64,000 nucleotides of DNA, taken from contig BAAIJX010000016.1 in the NCBI GenBank assembly GCA_054600435.1, positions 248,001 to 312,000 of the forward strand, written 5' to 3'. The translations under genes were made by a program, and so were the position numbers. Shown here one piece after another: positions 57,960 to 64,000 of the stretch (position 1 is its first letter; each line of letters starts with the position of its first letter). The stretch comes from Neophaeotheca triangularis (lineage: Eukaryota). The notes beneath the pieces were generated by a model. It was given only the letters and a program-made list of their open reading frames with translations. It was not told the origin of the DNA and did not search any database.

Positions 57960-58473
57960 CTGTACTCCTGCATTGAAGCTGGGCTGGTCGTAGCTTTTTG
58001 ATAGAGTCCGTGCGCTGGCTTTCGGCTTTGGCTCGGACATTGGGGTTGCTTTTTGGCCGAGGGCAGCTGTGGACGACATGGCTCAGGGGCTTACTCTCCT
58101 AAATTTTTTTTTACATCGTAACAGCTCAACGGCAAAGGCTTTGGAAAGATCTATGATACTTGCAAACCCATCTTGAGTTGTTGAGTGGTTTTACTATTCC
58201 CAGGCTCATCCGAGGGTTACCACACTCGCCGTAGAGCCCGAAATTCCTGGAAGAATAATGCTTGAGGCAGTCCACCATAATTCACAAGGCTCCATCGCCG
58301 CCGCATCGTGGAAACATGTAGGGACCTCTTCATGGAAGTATGCGCGGTGTCTACCGCAAATCCCTCATCTCCTCCACTGGGTGCCTCCACGTCCGGAACG
58401 TCTTTTCGCATCTAGCCTTGGCCAGGAGACAACTGCACCGGCTTGGCCCGTGAACAACACGCCCGCGCGTCCT

Positions 58474-59708
58474 TTATTCCAAGAGATCAATGGCCTCAAA
58501 GTCAGCATCAGTAATGAGGCGACGCCGTTTCTTGCCCTGAGGGTTCTCGACGATGGTCACCTCGTCGTCGTCGTCATCCTGAGCAGCGCGTTTCAGCGTT
58601 TCGGGAAGGACAGTTGTGCTTCTCTCACGCTTAATAGAGCCGCGATCTGAGACACGCTGACGCAGAAGCCGAACTTGTTCGCGTAGCTCCTCCAGAGTCA
58701 GATTTTCGGGGTCTCTGTCTTCGGGAGGCGTGGGAGAGCGGTCTCTGGGGATGACATGCTCGCGCTGTAGGTCCGCTGGCAAATTGTAAGAGTTCTGGCC
58801 CCTTAACGGAGTTGGGAGAATCGAAAGGCTTACCTCTTGAACGATACCTGAAGGTGAAGGTCGCGAATGGTTTGTGGCCCTGGGGGTATGAGTAGTGGAT
58901 GGTGTACTCAGAAGGAGCGGATGGTCTAAGTGGAGGGAGGATGGTGCGATCTTGGAGGCTGTATTAACACGATCAGCGGAGCGACTCTTCAACGCCCGGT
59001 ATGCCAAGGTAGGTAACGCTCGGCTTACATGACGTGGTTGGAGATCGCGCGACCCTTGAGGCCCTTCTCTGGAACTATGTCCTCGGAGCCGGTGATTGGA
59101 TCCACGACCTCGGCCTGGTCATCAGAGGCACGAGTGCTGTGCTTGATGGAGCGTCTCTTCGAGCGTTTCTTCTCGGTGCGTGTGGCCCAAGTGAGTTCCA
59201 CAACGATGGTTCCCATTGACATGTACTTCAGAAGCTCCCCGAGGTCATCAGGTGTGTCCTCATCTATGCAAGTTAGCCTTTATTCCGGTCTCTTGGAGCT
59301 CGAGGAACACTCACGGGTCGTCAAGTCGCCAAAAGCAAAGCTCTGCTTGATCCGTTCCCCTCCTATCGTTTGATAGATGCTGCTGTAGGTGTGTGTGTTC
59401 TCAACCTCCTCACTGTGGATGGGATGGTATCTGAGGGATTTGCCATCGCAATAGATTTCGACGTTGACACCCGCATCTGTGGAAAGCTTTTCGAATGCAG
59501 ATCCGATCGCCACGACGATCGAAAACTTGGAGCCAGGAGTCACTTCGACGTATTGAGTGCGGGCATCGGTGGAATCGCGATGTTTGATGGTGTTTCGAAC
59601 GCTGCCATCTGGGTTTAGCTTAATGTCATCGGGCACATCATGCTCAGGCAGGGCAGCGCCATCGGTCTCTATCGTCACTTCAAGTCCCTTGATCTTGGTG
59701 ATCTTCAT
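58474..59708 (-). CDS. Uncharacterised Pezizomycotina protein (probably DUF7918-like), paralog A
   Basis: 4 exons: MKITKIKGLEVTIETDGAALPEHD...QYVEVTPGSKFSI; MGTIVV...VPEKGLKGRAISNHV; PFATFTFRYRSR; DLQREHVIPRDRSPTPPEDRDPENLTLEE. Confidence 0.8.
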
Positions 59709-60444
59709 TTTGAATCGTCTTCGAGATAGTGGTGCTTCACTGTGGTAGGTGATGGAGTCCTGCTGTGGATAAAAACCCTGTGATGTTCGCTCGTGAGATT
59801 TAAGAAGTAGTAAGTCTAGGCTCCGTCCTCCCGGGGAATGGGGAACCTAGTACTGAGTAGGATGAGTACTAAACAAGAAGCAGTACCGAACTGGTTGATT
59901 TGAGTAGATCGAGATTGTGAAACGCCCCGTAAGACTTCGAAGTTGGTGCAAAAAGGGGTGGACCAGTACCGGGAAAGCTCAAAGTACTAAAAGGCTCTGA
60001 CCATGACGACGTGCCTGCTTTAGAATGTGTCTAAAGTGAAGGCCAGCGAAGACTGCTGGAGGGCGAGCTACGGAGTGGGAGGAAGCTTACGTAGTGTAGT
60101 TGAACAGGATAAATAGATAAGCGAGCAGAAAAATCGTCGAATCGATGCCTATTACAACAACAAGTCAACTTACTTCTTTCTTTATGAAGGGAAAAGGTAC
60201 AAAGTAGTGATTCAAAGAAGCTATCGAAAGTGCCTTGCGGTCGTTCAGGAAGCTATCCCAGTTCCGACCCCTTGCTCTTTCGGAATCACCTTCCGGTAGC
60301 ACTCCTCCGAGTATGCCACAAATCGACAAACTTGGGTATCTCATGCTGATCGTCCGTACATTGCGCCCATACGACCGTGCCGATAACACCATGATGCCAA
60401 GAGAAAAATGGGCTAGCGAGTGCGAGAAGCGTAGGGCAGCACTT

Positions 60445-61592
60445 TCAATCGTCCTCAATGGTGATTGCTCCCGGAGCGCCAGCCCCAGAAACGCGCTGGC
60501 GCTTCGGTCGGGATTCGATGAAACTAACGTCCTCGTCGTCGGGATCGAGCGGCCTGAGAGGTTCGCTACGTTCGCGCTTCACTCTCACTCCAGTTTCCCT
60601 CTTCAGGGGCACATTCTCGGCTTCTTGTCGCTGAAGACGTTCGCGATTACGACGAGCAATCTCGCGGGCTTCTTCTAGAGTGAGTGTCTCAGGGTCACGC
60701 TCTTCGAGAGGCACTGGACTCGGCTCGCGAGGGATGATGCCTTCGATCTGCAAATCGGCTGCGCTATCGTTAGCGTTGTACCTCGTGTATCGTTTTGGGA
60801 ATCAAGAGTGACCACCTTTGGAGCGGTATCTAAAGGTAAACTTCGCGAAAGGGTTCTTCCACCCATGAATGTACGACAAATTCGAGCGGAGTGGGGCTGA
60901 AGCTAGAGCTGTCTGAGCACCAAGTCTGCTGATGGTCAGGTACCGGTGCCTTCTGACCTAACTCAGTGGAATGGACTTACACTACTTGACTGGAAATTGC
61001 GCGACCTTTGAGAGCTTTCTCCGCAACGCTTGCTTCTGCATCGGTAATGCGGTGGGCTTGTTCTTTAGCCACCGTGGTTGAGAGCACAGTAGAAGCCACC
61101 CAACAACACTCGACGACGATCTCCCCAAGCCCTTCAAAGTCTTGAGGCTTCTTTCCCGGGGTGATGGCACCATCGTCTGTCTAAATTAGCCATATGAGTC
61201 AGTGGTATGATCATCTCCAGTTCATACGTACGAGTCAAGAGATCGCCAAAACAAAGTTTTGCATCCACCCAGGCATCCTTCACGAACAATGCGACGGTGC
61301 CCCAAGTGCACGTGTGGACGCTACGGATGTACTGGCTCTGGATGTGTCGAGCGAACAGCCACTTGCCATCGCAACAGATGTGAACCGCGACACCCGGGTT
61401 TTCAGGTGGCTTTTTGATTCTTGGTTCGATCCTGAAACGAATGTTCCACTCGCGACCCGGCTCCGCCTCGACAAACTTGGTGCCTGTTGCGGGAGGATCC
61501 GTGTGGCTGTCGTCCGACAAGTCGTACTCCTTCATGGTGGTACCATTCATCTGGAGCTCGACCTGCAGATGCGGGACGCTGGGGATCTTCAT
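60445..61592 (-). CDS. Uncharacterised Pezizomycotina protein (probably DUF7918-like), paralog B
   Basis: 4 exons: MKIPSVPHLQVELQMNGTTMKEYD...KFVEAEPGREWNI; LGEIVV...VAEKALKGRAISSQV; PFAKFTFRYRSK; DLQIEGIIPREPSPVPLEERDPETLTLEE. Confidence 0.8.
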
Positions 61593-62577
61593 CTTGCCGT
61601 ATCGGTCGTGAGTGCCGGTGAAGGTCGATTGGTGCGGGATGTTCGAAGTGAAAGTAAGAAAGGCAGCAACAAGCGCAAAGAAGCCGAGTGAAGTCAAGTC
61701 TTGTTCAAATCAGGTGTCGTCGGTCACTGAAGTGAGAGTGTTGTTGTCAGCTTACGCCTCACACGCAAGTGTCATTGCGGTGTCCGCAAGAAGCGAGAGG
61801 TGAGGTCGAAGATGTGAGGTCAAGGTATAGGAAACCACCTACCTACCTAATACCCAAGGCAAGCACAAACGCCGGACCTCTACCTCCGATTGGCTCCGCC
61901 GCGCAACACCTCTCAGCGCGCTTAACACGTCAGGAGCGCGAAGGCACGTGATATGTTTTGAGGTCTCATTTTGTGACCTGTTTACCTTGTCAGCGTTCCA
62001 TGCAGCAGACCGGGTACTCGACGAATTACGTGCACCGGCCAAGCCGATCCAGTCCGGCGACATCCACACTCCCAAGACTCCTTTCCCGCAAACCTCCAAT
62101 GCCGAATAACAGTCTCTTACTCTCGCTTTTTGAGGCGACTCTCCCGGTCCCATTGTATTCCCGAAGCACCCACACCTCCAATGTCTCTGGCCTACAATTC
62201 CCTTTTCCCATAACGAACCCCTGATCTCCGACTTACAGCCTCCCGCTTCTGTATAATGAGACCATTCTTCCGAGCTGAGGGGGCGAGGCAAGGAAGAGTC
62301 CGGGGGTTGATTTACTCGCAAAGCGCGAAAAGAAGGGGCAGAGACGAGAAAGAGAGTGGATGGGAGAAGAAATACGGAGTGTACATCAAAGCAGCATTCA
62401 CCACACTTACCAAGACCCTCACCAGTTCTTGAGTTGAACCCAAGCAAATACGCAAACAGTGGGTACGAGTACAGGAGCAGTACATGCATCTTGATCCCTC
62501 CTCCTCCATCTTCACCAGTCTACACTAGAACCACCCAAACACTCCTCAGCTTCTAATATAATCACGAGTGCATATTT

Positions 62578-64000
62578 CTACTCCCAGAACTCCCCAGACA
62601 ACCACCTGTTGACCATCTCCAAACTCGCAACCGGCTGGTCGTGCGGCACCATGTGGCCACCAGCGTGCAAGCGTGAGAAAGTAAAGTTACCACTCGACTT
62701 GACGGAGCCGATGTTCGTGCCGTCGGAAAGGAGCTCCAGATCCTCCATCTCAGCTTTCTGGTAAGCACTCTGGCCGGGCCACTCGAGAGCGTTGGTCCAG
62801 GCAAGGTTGCCAAGCCAGTTGCACTGAAAAAGGACGTTAGCATGAGAAAAGGGGTGTTGGGGGAAAGAAAGTAGCTTACGATAAAGTCGGCATCACCGGC
62901 GTAGACAAGGACGGGGATTTGCTCCAAAATACCCGGTACCAGACGGTGGAAGGGCTTCATCCAGTCACCTTGGAAGAGGAAGTTGCGGTTGATGTCGAAG
63001 TTGCAGCTGTCGTAGCTGTCGACCTCGGCGCCCAGCGCTTTCATGACGTTGTCCTTGTTGAGGTATTGCTGGATCCAGTCAATTTCGTCGTAGCAAAGAT
63101 CGCTGCCCTTGCACTTCTCGCGGACGTCGTAGGGGTTCTGGCCGGTCTTTTGGTAGGGACCGATCATGGCATTGTTGCAGTAGATCGAGGCGGGCACGCA
63201 AGTCCAGGCAGATTCGCTGTTGTAGCAGCTTTCGATCAGCGACTCGCAGCGCGGGAGCGAGTTGTCCATGGCAGTGCACTCGGATTCGGAAAGCACAGCG
63301 GGCCAGCCTCCGTCACCGCAGGCCATGGGGCGGTAGTAGTTGTACTGGGTCAGGCCGTCGGTAAGACCGTTGCCGATGAGGACAGACTGCAAATTGATGT
63401 TACGCTTCTTGTGAGAGAGGATCTCGTTGGCGAAGACGGGGATGTAGTGGCCGGCGTAAGACTCTCCGCTAATGTGGAATGGCTGCTCGGCGTACTCGGG
63501 GAACTGCTTGAAGAAGAGAGTCATCAAAGCGTAGACATCCTTGCCAGCTGCCACTGTGTTGCTGACGCTGCTGCCAGAGTAGGAGTAGCCGACGTTTACG
63601 GGCTGGTCGAGGAAGATGACGCTGGCATTGGCGTTCCATGCGCTGGGGTTGTAGTCGAGCTCAATTTTCTCGTTGACGAACGAGGGGCCGAGCTCCATGA
63701 AGAGACCAGTCAAGGAAGAGCAGCCGGGGCCACCATTCAGCCAGAGTAGGACGGGGTCGTTCTTGGGGTCGTTGCGGGACTCGAAGAACCAGTAAAACAG
63801 ATGCTTGTCATCCTCTTCGTTGTCAAGATATCCAGAATATTGCTTGACATCATCAACACCCAAGCTCTTGGGGTCGACCTTCTTGGTACGAAGGTTGAAG
63901 TTCTCGAGGTTACCCTCAATCTCGCGCTCCTGCTCACCCTCGCTGTTGGTGACCCAGACGTCCTGAATCTCCTTACCGACAGTGTGGAAGTCCCATTCGC
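62578..64000 (-). CDS. PRC1: Carboxypeptidase Y homolog (S10), 5' end outside the window
   Basis: [38 protein letters not shown] (intron 62824-62879), GGHMVP. Stop TAG at 62578-62580. Confidence 0.96.

Noticed and set aside
62919..63749. 276-aa plus-strand ORF
   Set aside because: Antisense shadow of carboxypeptidase Y.

Overview
Gene-dense eukaryotic DNA from a filamentous ascomycete (Pezizomycotina, probably Dothideomycetes, judged from short GT-AG introns with CTRAC/CTAAT branch sites and the gene families present). About 20 protein-coding genes can be modelled: SAP18 (partial), a DUF2420/Rmr1-like acidic protein, delta-COP, APC4, a GH13_5 alpha-amylase, MRPS9, eEF1B-gamma (with intronic snR38), a GPI-anchored repetitive wall protein, DML1/Misato, Xaa-Pro aminopeptidase, a thaumatin-like protein, a DHA2 MFS transporter, a C2H2 protein, a ferric reductase, two tandem paralogs of an uncharacterised family, carboxypeptidase Y (partial), a small secreted protein and several orphans. 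The most notable non-routine features: (i) a Pol III-type unit at 13.24-13.41 kb (A box, B box, ~95-nt interlocked-helix body, oligo-T) that is not a tRNA; (ii) two further candidate structured RNAs with strand-specific G-U pairs (15.6 kb, 53.8 kb); (iii) an apparent second rRNA guide in snR38; (iv) a decayed amine-utilisation cluster (APC permease, Zn2Cys6 regulator, copper amine oxidase) at 23-28 kb; (v) a truncated 5S rRNA pseudogene; (vi) paired C-rich and G-rich blocks that distort protein composition. Family assignments come from motif recognition by eye, not database searches, and RNA helices were found by eye, not by folding software.
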